From sequence record CP071152.1: 64,000 nt of DNA; one strand, given 5' to 3'. The translations under genes and the position numbers were made by a program. Below, piece after piece: positions 28,689 to 39,043 of the stretch. The DNA is from a plasmid. Below the pieces are notes generated by a model. The model was not told where the DNA came from. It saw nothing but the letters and a program-made list of their open reading frames with translations, and made no database searches. Each line of letters begins with the position of its first letter. Within the stretch, counting starts at the first letter, position 1.

Positions 28689-30471
28689 TTGACATCCTCC
28701 CCCACCTTAGCGCTTCGCGTCACAGGAGGGGGATTCCCATTACTGGGTGATAGCTGCTCGCGCAGTACCGGGTTCCTGCTTCATCGGGCGGCCTGATTGC
28801 ACCACGCCTCCACAGGCTAAAACGGCGTGTCCGCCGCTAAAATATTGCGAGCGCCGTTCACATCGGCGTTCGCCTCATAACCACACGCAGCGCATTTAAA
28901 CTGGCTTTGCGTCTGGCGGTTATCCTTCGCAGTATGCCCACAACAGGCGCACTGCTGGCTCGTGTAGGCCGGGTTTATCGCCAACACCTGACCGCCTCGC
29001 CATGCCTGCTTATATTCGAGCTGGCGGCGCAGCTCAAACCAGCCCTGATCTAATATCGAACGATTCAGCCCTGATTTTGCCCGGACGTTGCGCCCCGGCT
29101 GGCTGGTCGTGCCCGCTGCTGATTTTGACATGCTGGCAACCTTCAAATCCTCAATGACGATCATCGCGTGGTTTTTGCTGATAGTCGTTGTGACCTTGTG
29201 AAGGTAATCGCGGCGGGTATTGGCGATATGTGAGTGCAGCCGCTGGATCTTGGCTTTTGTTTCTTCCAGTTGCTGCTGAACTTTACCTTTTGCTCAACTG
29301 GCGTTGGAGCCTTGCCAGCTTGGTCTGATTGGTTTTGAAGCTGTTGACGGGCTCAAACACCGTGCCATCTGACAGGGTTGCGAGCTTGGCGATCCCGCAT
29401 CTAGCCCGACCATTGAGCCGGAGGGTGAATTGGCTCAAGCGTCTCCTGCTCGACCTGAAAGGAGATATACCAGTGCCCGGCTGCTTGGCTGACGGTCGCG
29501 TTTTAATTTTCCTTCAACTGGCTGGGACTGACGGAACTTGACCCACGCCAGCCCGGCAGGCAGCTTCACTCGACCCTTTTCAAGGCGGCAATACTTGTCG
29601 AAGTTGACGAACCGGATAGCGTCGCGGTTGTCGCTTTTTTCTTGAATACGGGTGCCTTGGCGGCGAGTTTCTTATCAAAGCAGCGCATCCACGCGCCATG
29701 CAAATCCTTGAGCTTCTGCTGGAGGTTGTCGGTATATGCCTCGGCCAGAAAGGCCATTTCTGGGTCTTTCTTCCAACTGGTGAGCATCCTGTTCAGCTCA
29801 AAGGCAGAAGGCAGTTTTCGCCAGCATCCAGAATGCGTTTGGTTTCTGCCAGCCCGTGATTCCAGACATAACGAGCACAACCGCCCAACTGGCGCAGGCG
29901 TTGCGCTTGTTGTTCGGTCGGTTCGAGTCGGAATTTGTAGGCTTTCAGAATTTGCATTTAGCGCTCAGTGTGTAGCATTATTGCCATATCTATTAAGCCC
30001 GATTGAGTGACAGAATGCAATTCACTAAAATTAATAAATCACGCCATGCGGCCTACGTTTTGCACGTACATTTGGTGTTTATCACCAAGTATCGAAAGCC
30101 GATATTGGGGGATCTACATCACGCTTCCTTCGGTCAGTGTGCGGCAGAGGTTTGCAGAGATTTTGGTGCGGAACTGAAAGAGTGTGACGGAGAGGCTGAT
30201 CATGTTCACATGCTGATAGAGTACGCGCCAACGGTGCAGCTATCGGTACTGGTGAACTCGTTAAAGGCGGTCACATCAAGGCGACTGCGTAATGAATTTC
30301 TGGACTTGAGAGGTGCTTACAGCAAACCCGTACTCTGGTCACGCTCTTACTTTGCGGGCTCTTGCGGCGGAGCACCGTTGGAGGTGATCAAGCAATACAT
30401 TCAAAACCAGCGGGCTGACGCCCGGCGAAATTCCCCTTCCACCTACGTCGGAGGGAGTCCCCTTTCGCATT
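28689..30471. mobile_element. IS200/IS605-family element, copy 1 (divergent tnpA/tnpB)
   Basis: Shares the ...GGGGGAGGATGTCAA end and the CCATCTTAAATGCGAAAGGGGACTC... end with copies at 37308..39094 and 46706..48505. Confidence 0.7.
28817..29957 (-). pseudogene. tnpB: tnpB (IS605 OrfB) decayed by multiple frameshifts
   Basis: N-terminus MQILKAYKFRLEPTEQQ... then a stop. The C-terminal zinc-finger/RuvC-III part NPAYTSQQCACCGH...[19 protein letters not shown] is in a separate ORF. Confidence 0.65.
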
Positions 30472-30653
30472 TAAGATGGCCCGTCGCTATCATGTGGGCA
30501 GTGGAGTTCCACAAGATGATAGCCAGTCGGTGGCTTGGCTCAACAAGGCCGCCGATCTCGGCCACACCGAGGCCCAATACGCAATGGCCGTGCGCTATTT
30601 CAACGGCACCGGCGTTCCTCAGGACTACCTCCATGCAAGGTACTGGTGCATGA
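30015..30653 (+). CDS. tnpA: IS200-like Y1 transposase TnpA with C-terminal read-through extension
   Basis: HVHLVF (HuH) and Y motifs. Compared with the other two copies, 1 nt is missing at the ...QNQRG stop, giving an extension of about 80 aa. Confidence 0.6.
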   Translation: MQFTKINKSRHAAYVLHVHLVFITKYRKPILGDLHHASFGQCAAEVCRDFGAELKECDGEADHVHMLIEYAPTVQLSVLVNSLKAVTSRRLRNEFLDLRGAYSKPVLWSRSYFAGSCGGAPLEVIKQYIQNQRADARRNSPSTYVGGSPLSHLRWPVAIMWAVEFHKMIASRWLGSTRPPISATPRPNTQWPCAISTAPAFLRTTSMQGTGA

Positions 30654-31012
30654 AGGCTGCCGAAAACGGGGTCGATGAAGCCCGTCTGTTAATGGCGAGA
30701 TTCTACCTAGAGGCGCTGGGCGTCGAACGCGATGAGGCCGAAGGCGTGGCGTGGGTGGCGGAGGCAGCCGTGCAAAAGGGCAAGACCGCCCGCCAAGCCC
30801 AAGCGATGCTGGGCTCTCTCTTCCAACGTGGGGTCGGGGTCGAGCGTGATCTCAAGATGGCCTACGTCTGGTATTCCGTGGCGGCGGCCAATGGCGACGG
30901 CGGAGCGCCGATCAGTCGCGACCTCGTCGCCAAGGGGCTGAGTGCCGATGAACTGGATGAGGCGCAAGCACTGGCTGGCCAGTATTTCGAGCGTTTTAAT
31001 ACCAAGTCCTAG
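30476..31012 (+). pseudogene. Sel1-repeat protein, 5'-truncated by the IS insertion
   Basis: Sel1-like repeats (GVPQD...AQYAMAVRYFNGTGVPQDY...) begin right at the IS end. Confidence 0.5.
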
Positions 31013-32014
31013 TCCTGCTCTTGACCCGGTTCATACCCCAAAGCCCTGTGGCTGGCCTCCATGAGGACAGTAGGGCTTAACCGGCGAACGTCGCACGCCC
31101 TAGCGACCAGCCGCACATTTGGGCCGGTACAAAGACGCACCAGGTAGTCCCCACCCCCCTGAAAGTCTTTACCCCCAAATGATCTTCCCTCAACAAAGCC
31201 GGGGATCCCCATTCTTCCAAAAGCGTTAAACCCAACTCGGGGCCGCCACGCGCATCCGGTTGCGCTCCCGCTCGTCGAACACCTGGCCACCGAGGTCGTT
31301 CCCGGAGCCTGGTGCCAAAGCCGCGGTGAATGTCCCTAGTGGAGAAGATGAGCTCCAAGACGGGTCTGCACGCCGCCGTCGTACTGGCCACTGCCGGTGT
31401 ACCAGGAGCCGGTCAGGTAGAGACGCACCTTAAATGTCCACCGAGGAGATCACCCCGCCAATGCCCAGGACTGGTGTGCGTGCTGCCCAGGGAGGGTCGT
31501 CCGGCGGAGGAGACACCCGTTCTGATGGCCTCCCCGTCCATCAGGGACAGCAGGGATGTCGGCCAGGTGCTCCAGAGCAACCGCCACCTGGGTGCCGCCC
31601 AGTGCCGCCCCCAACATCGAGGTGATCGCAAGTGGAGTACCAGCGTAAGCGGGAGGTGAGCTGCGCCAGCTGCGCTGCCCTCCTCTTCGGCGAGCGGGAG
31701 TGCCTTTGGCCTGTAAAAGACAGGGGAAGAGAGCTCTAGTGCAGTGAGGTATGCAAGCGGCTGATGTCCTTAGGCGGACAAGGAGGCTTGCGCGACTTGG
31801 GTCGCACCCTCCGAGGAGCTGGCCACACCGGCGGTGCTCCAGGTAAAACCGTGGAGGTTGGAGTCCTCCGTGCAGATTGAGGGCCCTCAGCGATGTCGTT
31901 TGCCAGGTGTTGACCAGGGTAGCGTCGGCACCTGCGTTCTGGAGTGGGCCCTGTTATTGACCACAAGAAACAGCAGTAATTACTGGAATACCAGCTACTT
32001 ACACAACACCTCTG

Positions 32015-32884
32015 CTACTGCTTTCCGCGCTTTCGATTCTTGATGATCACGCAGCGGTCTTTACCTTTGCCACCTGGGGTCAATGCGTAATCCAGGTAAC
32101 CAATCTTCTCCAATTCGGCCAACCCGTTGACGATTGAGCGATTCACCTCTGCTTCGGTGCCGGTCAAGCACAGACGCGATCTGATCCGGCTAAACGCCAA
32201 CGGTGCCGGATTCTTTGGCAGGGCATGAATGAACATATAAAGGCATTGTGCGGTCTCCCGCCTCTGGAGTGCTTCCTGAGTGTCTAGGGACAACAGGATC
32301 TCGTGGTCAATCCGGTACAACTCCCACAGTCGCTCGTCAGGCACGAGCTTGATTTTATTGGCGTCAATGTCATAGGTGGCGCTCTGGAGCAAGTGCGTCT
32401 TATGGGTTTTGGTCCCGGCGGAAAATGTTATCACCTGACTCATGATGCGGGTAAGGCTGGTATCCACTCGTGTCTTTAATACCGTGCTCTGCGCCGAACT
32501 CGGATACCCGCACAACCGCGAAAACTCCGAAAAGCTCATTTCCAGACCGTTGGGCTGAAAACCATACTGTTCAAACGCCCGCACGATCCCCGTCCAGATC
32601 TTGAAATCTGTGTCGATGTTGAGCCGTGACCCGAAGATTTTCACATCAACATACCCTTCGGTACGGGCAAACGTAATCTCGCGCATGGCGGAGGAGAGAT
32701 CTGCAACACGCCCCTTCGCTCTCGATGTACGACCCACCGGCGTGAAGATCGGAGTCCGTAAAATCAGGTTTGGGTGAACTGTGGATTGCCTGTGATGACG
32801 CAGCGTGGACAATGAAGATCCAGCCTTGATTGGATGCTCTAACAGCTTTGATTTTTCAGGATTTTTTGAATCATCGTTAGTCAT
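32015..32884 (-). CDS. putative iteron-associated replication initiator (RepA-like)
   Basis: 289-aa ORF directly downstream (same strand) of five contiguous 22-bp iterons. There is a C-terminal winged-helix-like segment. No firm family match. Confidence 0.35.
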   Translation of the reverse strand: MTNDDSKNPEKSKLLEHPIKAGSSLSTLRHHRQSTVHPNLILRTPIFTPVGRTSRAKGRVADLSSAMREITFARTEGYVDVKIFGSRLNIDTDFKIWTGIVRAFEQYGFQPNGLEMSFSEFSRLCGYPSSAQSTVLKTRVDTSLTRIMSQVITFSAGTKTHKTHLLQSATYDIDANKIKLVPDERLWELYRIDHEILLSLDTQEALQRRETAQCLYMFIHALPKNPAPLAFSRIRSRLCLTGTEAEVNRSIVNGLAELEKIGYLDYALTPGGKGKDRCVIIKNRKRGKQ

Positions 32885-32920
32885 GCTGCCCTGCCGCTCT
32901 CTTGTTCACTACTCGCTGAT

Positions 32921-33033
32921 TTAGGCCACATGAATCGCTCATATAGACCACACGAAATGCTCACATAGACTACATGAACCTGCTAGTACAGACCACAAGA
33001 ATCGCTAATTTAGACCACATGGAACGAGTTATG
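32921..33033. repeat. five contiguous about 22-bp iterons (TAGACCACATGAATCGCTCA-like), oriV-like
   Basis: Read directly from the sequence, 37 nt upstream of the RepA-like start. Confidence 0.8.
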
Positions 33034-33912
33034 CACAGGGCGCAAAGCCCCGTGGCACATGAGATGAAACGTGATTTTGGTATGGCGGGGATCTTTTGGA
33101 TCTTAGATATGGATCTATAGGGGATCGTTATGGTTAAGGGCGACCAGATCTGTGGATAACTGGTACCCCGAAGTATAACAGCGAGGCTTTCCAAGTTGTG
33201 GCTGACACCCAGATTGTGCTCAACACCCGGCTGGGAGCTGGCCACACCGGCGGTGCGCCAGAGCGAGGTCAAGGTCGAGCTGGTGGCTCGGGTACACGAA
33301 GGACACTGAGACCCATGCAGATGTCGGGGCAGCGATGTCCCCGGATAGGGTTCGTCATCTGGCTGAGGCGCAGGACTTGGCACCGTAGCCGATAGACATC
33401 ATCCCCGGCTAGGCGAGGGATCTTCTGCTAGGCTGGAATGGTTAACCGCCGAAATGGCAGCCAAGAATGGAAGTTATCAGCCAAGCGTTGGTACTCGTTT
33501 TTGATCCGCCGAACAGGCAGCCAAACACTTCATGCGACCTGATGGCGGGGCAAACTCAGCAATGAGCGCCCCGCACCTTTTTACATTCCCCTTCCCTTCC
33601 CTATCGTGGTCGGCCCCAACGCGCAGATGCACGACGGCTGATACTTGTCCTTGGTGGAGTGGCACCACCCGGCAGCCTGGTACACCCGGTTGAGGAGATG
33701 ACCCCTGTTCTCGATGGTGCTGCTCGATGTAGCGGGCGACGGCGGGCCTGTGACTGAGCGCAGAGCTGCCCTGTGGCTGGTGGCCTGTGTCAGACCCGGT
33801 GCTGGGCATCCTTTCCGGTGAGCATCTTGGGCTCAATTCGAGGCAACGCGAAGGAATGGAAAGGTAGAGAGAAAGCCCCGATATGTTAACCGGACGGTTC
33901 GGGGCTTTGATT

Positions 33913-34317
33913 TTAAAACTGGTCAGTGGCGGTGGCCACCGCGCCCCGAAGAGCGCCTAAGTTGACCAGCCCAATCACATCCAAGGCAGTTTGGGTCAGC
34001 TCAAACGGGTCTGCACGTAGGCCAACAACACTCAGATGTTCGCTCATGCCGTTCACCTCACCGATGTGCTCTATGAAGTAATCGACGCAGGCTTGCAGGC
34101 CACCCCTTACAGCGCAGTCGTGCATCTGTTTGTGATGGTCGCCGTTGAGCACGAAGAAAACCCGACCATCCAGCACAAGGGCCGTGGTCACGCTGCCGTA
34201 ATCGGCCACACTGGGTAGGAAACTGAGGTGGAAGCGATCAAACGGCACCGACATGTTGGGGGACTGGGCATTGATGACCGGGATTACATGATGCTTGTAA
34301 GCGGGGTGAGCTTGCAT
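33913..34317 (-). CDS. hypothetical protein
   Basis: RBS ggaggcg before the ATG. Confidence 0.45.
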   Translation of the reverse strand: MQAHPAYKHHVIPVINAQSPNMSVPFDRFHLSFLPSVADYGSVTTALVLDGRVFFVLNGDHHKQMHDCAVRGGLQACVDYFIEHIGEVNGMSEHLSVVGLRADPFELTQTALDVIGLVNLGALRGAVATATDQF

Positions 34318-34709
34318 ATCGCCTCCGAAGGCTGATGTTTTGGCGGGTTTGATCTACCCGTCCATTCGACAATCCGTATTAAGCCGTCAGCTCCACAACA
34401 TCATCGGAGCGAGTAAGGCCATCGTTGGTGCCGGACGCCGGTGAATATGTCCAGCCGTACACCTCCGTGTCGCAGTATTCCTGTGCGGCTACAGCCTCAC
34501 ACGCGGCGTTATTGTTGCCCTCGATTGCGCCACTACCTCGTTGGTCTCGGCGTTATAGACATAAAGAATCATGCTCGACCTCTCACCGCTTGTAGTTCAT
34601 TTGTAATTCATTGACGCCCTGCAACACCGATTACAGCAGGGATTGAGACTGACTCCTTGAAGGACAATGCCACCAAGTAGATGGTGGACATCGAGCTGCC
34701 ATCAGCGCG

Positions 34710-34988
34710 TCACAGTCGATGTTTGAGCTTGTTGATGCGACTCCGATACCGGGCATCACAACTACTCCAGATCACCCGTTGGCCAGCAGCCTCCATCAGT
34801 GCGGTGGTCACGAGGCGGGGTATTTCCAGATGAACCCCGTCCCAGTCGGAGAGATCAAGAGCGCCTTGTTTGACCAACTGTTGGATCTGTTCCTCCAGCC
34901 GGTTGTTGAGCTCCAGCACGATGAACTCTTCCACATGCTGCTTGAGGGCAACGATGGCTTCTTCGGTGGACAATGTGCTGGTAGTCAT
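34710..34988 (-). CDS. hypothetical protein
   Basis: RBS ggagcaaaaca before the ATG. ATGA overlap with the upstream gene. Confidence 0.45.
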   Translation of the reverse strand: MTTSTLSTEEAIVALKQHVEEFIVLELNNRLEEQIQQLVKQGALDLSDWDGVHLEIPRLVTTALMEAAGQRVIWSSCDARYRSRINKLKHRL

Positions 34989-35437
34989 TGTTTTGCTCCC
35001 TCGTTGCTCAAGAGTGGATCCGGCCATTGAACGTCCAACTCGTCATCCTCGTCAGCGCCGTTGAGACCATTGCACTTCACGCACCAGTAGATCGCGGCAG
35101 CTTCGGTCGGTTCGGGCTTATCGCTAAAGCCAAGGGCATTGACGCAGCGATAGCCAGCGTCCGTTTTCTCCACGGTGTATCCGTGTTCAGCCAGATAAGC
35201 CCGCATCACTAGCATCTCTTCATGCCATTCTGCGTACTGCACCCAGAACCCGGCATCCACATTGCCGCTCTTGCAGATCGTGATCTCTGCGTCCGGCGCG
35301 ACACAGGCAATCAGGTTCCACGCCAGATGGCGGATGGCCACATGGGTAAACGCCGCATCAACGCTCTCTGCCTCGACCTCGACCCGCTCCACACACAGAG
35401 CGCCTTGGTTGTAAGCCAATACCTGATAACGATCCAT
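34985..35437 (-). CDS. hypothetical protein
   Basis: RBS gagagg before the ATG. Confidence 0.45.
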   Translation of the reverse strand: MDRYQVLAYNQGALCVERVEVEAESVDAAFTHVAIRHLAWNLIACVAPDAEITICKSGNVDAGFWVQYAEWHEEMLVMRAYLAEHGYTVEKTDAGYRCVNALGFSDKPEPTEAAAIYWCVKCNGLNGADEDDELDVQWPDPLLSNEGAKQ

Positions 35438-35519
35438 TTCTGACCTCTCGTAACGCCGATGTTCTGGATAGCGGGTAAGGGTGGAGGCCGCGATCAGCCT
35501 CCATGTCCGTGGTGGAAGT

Positions 35520-35987
35520 TCACTTCATGAGGGCGGCCTGGGGATTGAAGACGAACTGATCGTCATAATTGCTCAGGTTGACCTGATTCTCTCTTACACA
35601 ATCCGCCATCGCGCCCCACAGAGTCATGAACTCGAACGGGCAGCTTTCACCGTTGGGGGCGATCCAGACGTAGCGGTTGTTCTCGGTCTGGTGCAGGAAG
35701 TAGCCCAGCACTTCGAGGTACTTGCCAAGGCTCTCAAGGTCGGCCTCATTCGGCTGGCTAACGTCATCGAGCCATTGGCTGCAACTGCACGTACCCCCGC
35801 CGGGGAACGCCACACCCTGCCCTTCACACAGGTTGCCTTCGAGGCACACCACCAAATCGCATTCGCCGTTGCGTTGCAGGGCAACGAGAGTAAAGGCATC
35901 AGTTGAATTGGCCGCCTGCACAACATCCATGAAGGTGTGGTTGTTGTCGAAGTCGGTTGAGATAACGGTAAACGCTTGGTGGGTCAT
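35520..35987 (-). CDS. hypothetical protein
   Basis: RBS ggaggc before the ATG. An operator box lies about 55 nt upstream. Confidence 0.45.
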   Translation of the reverse strand: MTHQAFTVISTDFDNNHTFMDVVQAANSTDAFTLVALQRNGECDLVVCLEGNLCEGQGVAFPGGGTCSCSQWLDDVSQPNEADLESLGKYLEVLGYFLHQTENNRYVWIAPNGESCPFEFMTLWGAMADCVRENQVNLSNYDDQFVFNPQAALMK

Positions 35988-36042
35988 GGCAGCCTCCGGT
36001 GTGTGGCGCAGAGCGTTTCTGCTCTCTTTATGAAACCATCAT

Positions 36043-36062
36043 ATTATCCGTTTGGGATAGTT
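36043..36062. promoter_or_regulatory. operator box ATTATCC-GTTTG-GGATAGTT
   Basis: 7-5-7 inverted repeat, upstream of minus-strand gene 35520..35987. Confidence 0.55.
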
Positions 36063-36256
36063 GCAAGCGTTTTACAGATGTTTATTTTTAACGGGTCTAT
36101 CCTGGCGTTCAGCCGGGCTTTCGGGCCGATACAAACGGACTTCTACCGCGCCATCCTACAATCATTGTCCATGAAGGAATGACACTGCAAACCGCGCCAA
36201 GCATGGGGTTCGGGGATAATCTGGGGTTCGAAAAAGAATTTTATAGAACGCATTTG

Positions 36257-36276
36257 ACTATCCGTTTGGGATAGTT
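36257..36276. promoter_or_regulatory. operator box GACTATCC-GTTTG-GGATAGTT
   Basis: Upstream of plus-strand gene 36324..36752. Confidence 0.55.
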
Positions 36277-36323
36277 CAAGATGATTTCAAGAGCAGCGAA
36301 ATCCCAACCTCTGAGAGGCCGCC

Positions 36324-36752
36324 ATGAGCAAGACCTATATCGCCCAAGTGCATCACCAGAATGAGTTCAGCAGCAGCGAGATCGCTACGTTCGTCAATAC
36401 CCTGACCGGCGTGGACATTGCCCGCATCAAAGCACTGGCAAACGTGTGTAGCGTAACCAAGGCGGCGTATATCGAAGATTGGTACTACGGAGGGAATTGG
36501 TCGGAGGTGAGCTATGAAGACCTGCGCAGTGAGGGGAAGAGTCATGACGAAGCACTGGATGAGGTCGAAGATCAATGTGCCCGCGTTGAGTGCGTGAAGC
36601 TGCGCGTCTGCAAGGATTACTTCTACTTCACGGCCATCCCCAAACACTATGACTCGACCTGTGAAATGCACACCGCATGGACGAGCGTCGCCGACCTCGA
36701 TAACGACGACCCGCTGATCCTGTTTGACATAGAGTTTGAGGAGGCCAAGTGA
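36324..36752 (+). CDS. hypothetical protein (paralog A)
   Basis: 142 aa. Paralogous to 36830..37252 (IARIKALA/IARIRELA, LRVCKDYFYFTAIP/LRVSKEYFQFTCIP). Confidence 0.45.
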   Translation: MSKTYIAQVHHQNEFSSSEIATFVNTLTGVDIARIKALANVCSVTKAAYIEDWYYGGNWSEVSYEDLRSEGKSHDEALDEVEDQCARVECVKLRVCKDYFYFTAIPKHYDSTCEMHTAWTSVADLDNDDPLILFDIEFEEAK

Positions 36753-36829
36753 TCGCCATCACCCCAGCTAGGCGACTACCCAACCCGATCATTTAATGCC
36801 GCGACCACGACCACTGAGAGAGCTGAATC

Positions 36830-37252
36830 ATGCCAAAAACTCTGATTGCCGATGCTTATCACCTTAACGGCTTTGGCACCTGTGAGATCCAAACACTGCT
36901 GGCCCTGTTGAGCGATACCAAGATCGCCCGCATCCGAGAGTTAGCTGCCGCTTGCGCGTCCCTCGATGTGAGCTGGATTGAAGTCGAGGATGACGACATC
37001 ATTTGGTCTTCCGAGCAACTTGATGGGCTGGAGGCTCAATGCGAGGACATAGAGCACGTTATGGAGAGCCTGGCGGATAATGAGGTGCCCACCCAAAGTA
37101 GCCAGCTCAGGGTCAGCAAAGAGTATTTTCAGTTCACCTGCATCCCGGAGCATCCGTGCTTTGGTGGCGAGGTGTATATCGAGAGCCACCCCATCTCAGA
37201 CCTCGATAGCCAGCCGACGCTGCTCACCTGCCTTGATAGCCATGACGCTTAA
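36830..37252 (+). CDS. hypothetical protein (paralog B)
   Basis: Tandem paralog of the upstream gene. Confidence 0.45.
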   Translation: MPKTLIADAYHLNGFGTCEIQTLLALLSDTKIARIRELAAACASLDVSWIEVEDDDIIWSSEQLDGLEAQCEDIEHVMESLADNEVPTQSSQLRVSKEYFQFTCIPEHPCFGGEVYIESHPISDLDSQPTLLTCLDSHDA

Positions 37253-37369
37253 TCCCACGACCACCAATCCCACCGACCGATGCAGGCTTCGGCCTGCCAT
37301 AAGGATGACCATCTTAAATGCGAAAGGGGACTCCCTCCGACGTAGGTGGGAGGGGAATTTCGCCGGGCG

Positions 37370-37768
37370 TCAGCCCCGCTGAATGTATTGCTTGATCACC
37401 TCCAACGGTGCTCCGCCGCAAGAGCCCGCAAAGTAAGAGCGTGACCAGAGTACGGGTTTGCTGTAAGCACCTCTCAAGTCCAGAAATTCATTACGCAGTC
37501 GCCTTGATGTGACCGCCTTTAACGAGTTCACCAGTACCGATAGCTGCACCGTTGGCGCGTACTCTATCAGCATGTGAACATGATCAGCCTCTCCGTCACA
37601 CTCTTTCAGTTCCGCACCAAAATCTCTGCAAACCTCTGCCGCACACTGACCGAAGGAGGCGTGATGCAGATCCCCCAATATCGGCTTTCGATACTTGGTG
37701 ATAAACACCAAATGTACGTGCAAAACGTAGGCCGCATGGCGTGATTTATTAATTTTAGTGAATTGCAT
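37370..37768 (-). CDS. tnpA: IS200-like TnpA
   Basis: Identical core to copy 1. Normal stop ...QYIQRG. Confidence 0.7.
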   Translation of the reverse strand: MQFTKINKSRHAAYVLHVHLVFITKYRKPILGDLHHASFGQCAAEVCRDFGAELKECDGEADHVHMLIEYAPTVQLSVLVNSLKAVTSRRLRNEFLDLRGAYSKPVLWSRSYFAGSCGGAPLEVIKQYIQRG

Positions 37769-37825
37769 TCTGTCACTCAATCGGGCTTAATAGATATGGC
37801 AATAATGCTACACACTGAGCGCTAA

Positions 37826-39043
37826 ATGCAAATTCTGAAAGCCTACAAATTCCGACTCGAACCGACCGAACAACAAGCGCAACGCCTGCGCCAGTTGGGC
37901 GGTTGTGCTCGTTATGTCTGGAATCACGGGCTGGCAGAAACCAAACGCATTCTGGATGCTGGCGAAAACTGCCTTCTGCCTTTGAGCTGAACAGGATGCT
38001 CACCAGTTGGAAGAAAGACCCAGAAATGGCCTTTCTGGCCGAGGCATATACCGACAACCTCCAGCAGAAGCTCAAGGATTTGCATGGCGCGTGGATGCGC
38101 TGCTTTGATAAGAAACTCGCCGCCAAGGCACCCGTATTCAAGAAAAAAGCGACAACCGCGACGCTATCCGGTTCGTCAACTTCGACAAGTATTGCCGCCT
38201 TGAAAAGGGTCGAGTGAAGCTGCCTGCCGGGCTGGCGTGGGTCAAGTTCCGTCAGTCCCAGCCAGTTGAAGGAAAATTAAAACGCGACCGTCAGCCAAGC
38301 AGCCGGGCACTGGTATATCTCCTTTCAGGTCGAGCAGGAGACGCTTGAGCCAATTCACCCTCCGGCTCAATGGTCGGGCTGGATGCGGGATCGCCAAGCT
38401 CGCAACCCTGTCAGACGGCACGGTGTTTGAGCCCGTCAACAGCTTCAAAACCAATCAGACCAAGCTGGCAAGGCTCCAACGCCAGTTGAGCAAAAGGTAA
38501 AGTTCAGCAGCAACTGGAAGAAACAAAAGCCAAGATCCAGCGGCTGCACTCACATATCGCCAATACCCGCCGCGATTACCTTCACAAGGTCACAACGACT
38601 ATCAGCAAAAACCACGCGATGATCGTCATTGAGGATTTGAAGGTTGCCAGCATGTCAAAATCAGCAGCGGCACGACCAGCCAGCCGGGGCGCAACGTCCG
38701 GGCAAAATCAGGGCTGAATCGTTCGATATTAGATCAGGGCTGGTTTGAGCTGCGCCGCCAGCTCGAATATAAGCAGGCATGGCGAGGCGGTCAGGTGTTG
38801 GCGATAAACCCGGCCTACACGAGCCAGCAGTGCGCCTGTTGTGGGCATACTGCGAAGGATAACCGCCAGACGCAAAGCCAGTTTAAATGCGCTGCGTGTG
38901 GTTATGAGGCGAACGCCGATGTGAACGGCGCTCGCAATATTTTAGCGGCGGGACACGCCGTTTTAGCCTGTGGAGGCGTGGTGCAATCAGGCCGCCCGAT
39001 GAAGCAGGAACCCGGTACTGCGCGAGCAGCTATCACCCAGTAA
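37826..39043 (+). pseudogene. tnpB: tnpB decayed (same lesions as copy 1)
   Basis: ATG MQILKAYKF... then stop after ...ENCLLPLS. Downstream fragments are in other frames. Confidence 0.65.

Noticed and set aside
30003-30653. 216-aa 'TnpA-Sel1 fusion' ORF
   Set aside because: The extension comes from a 1-nt deletion at the TnpA stop relative to the other two IS copies. The downstream Sel1 reading frame is different. This is not a real fusion protein.
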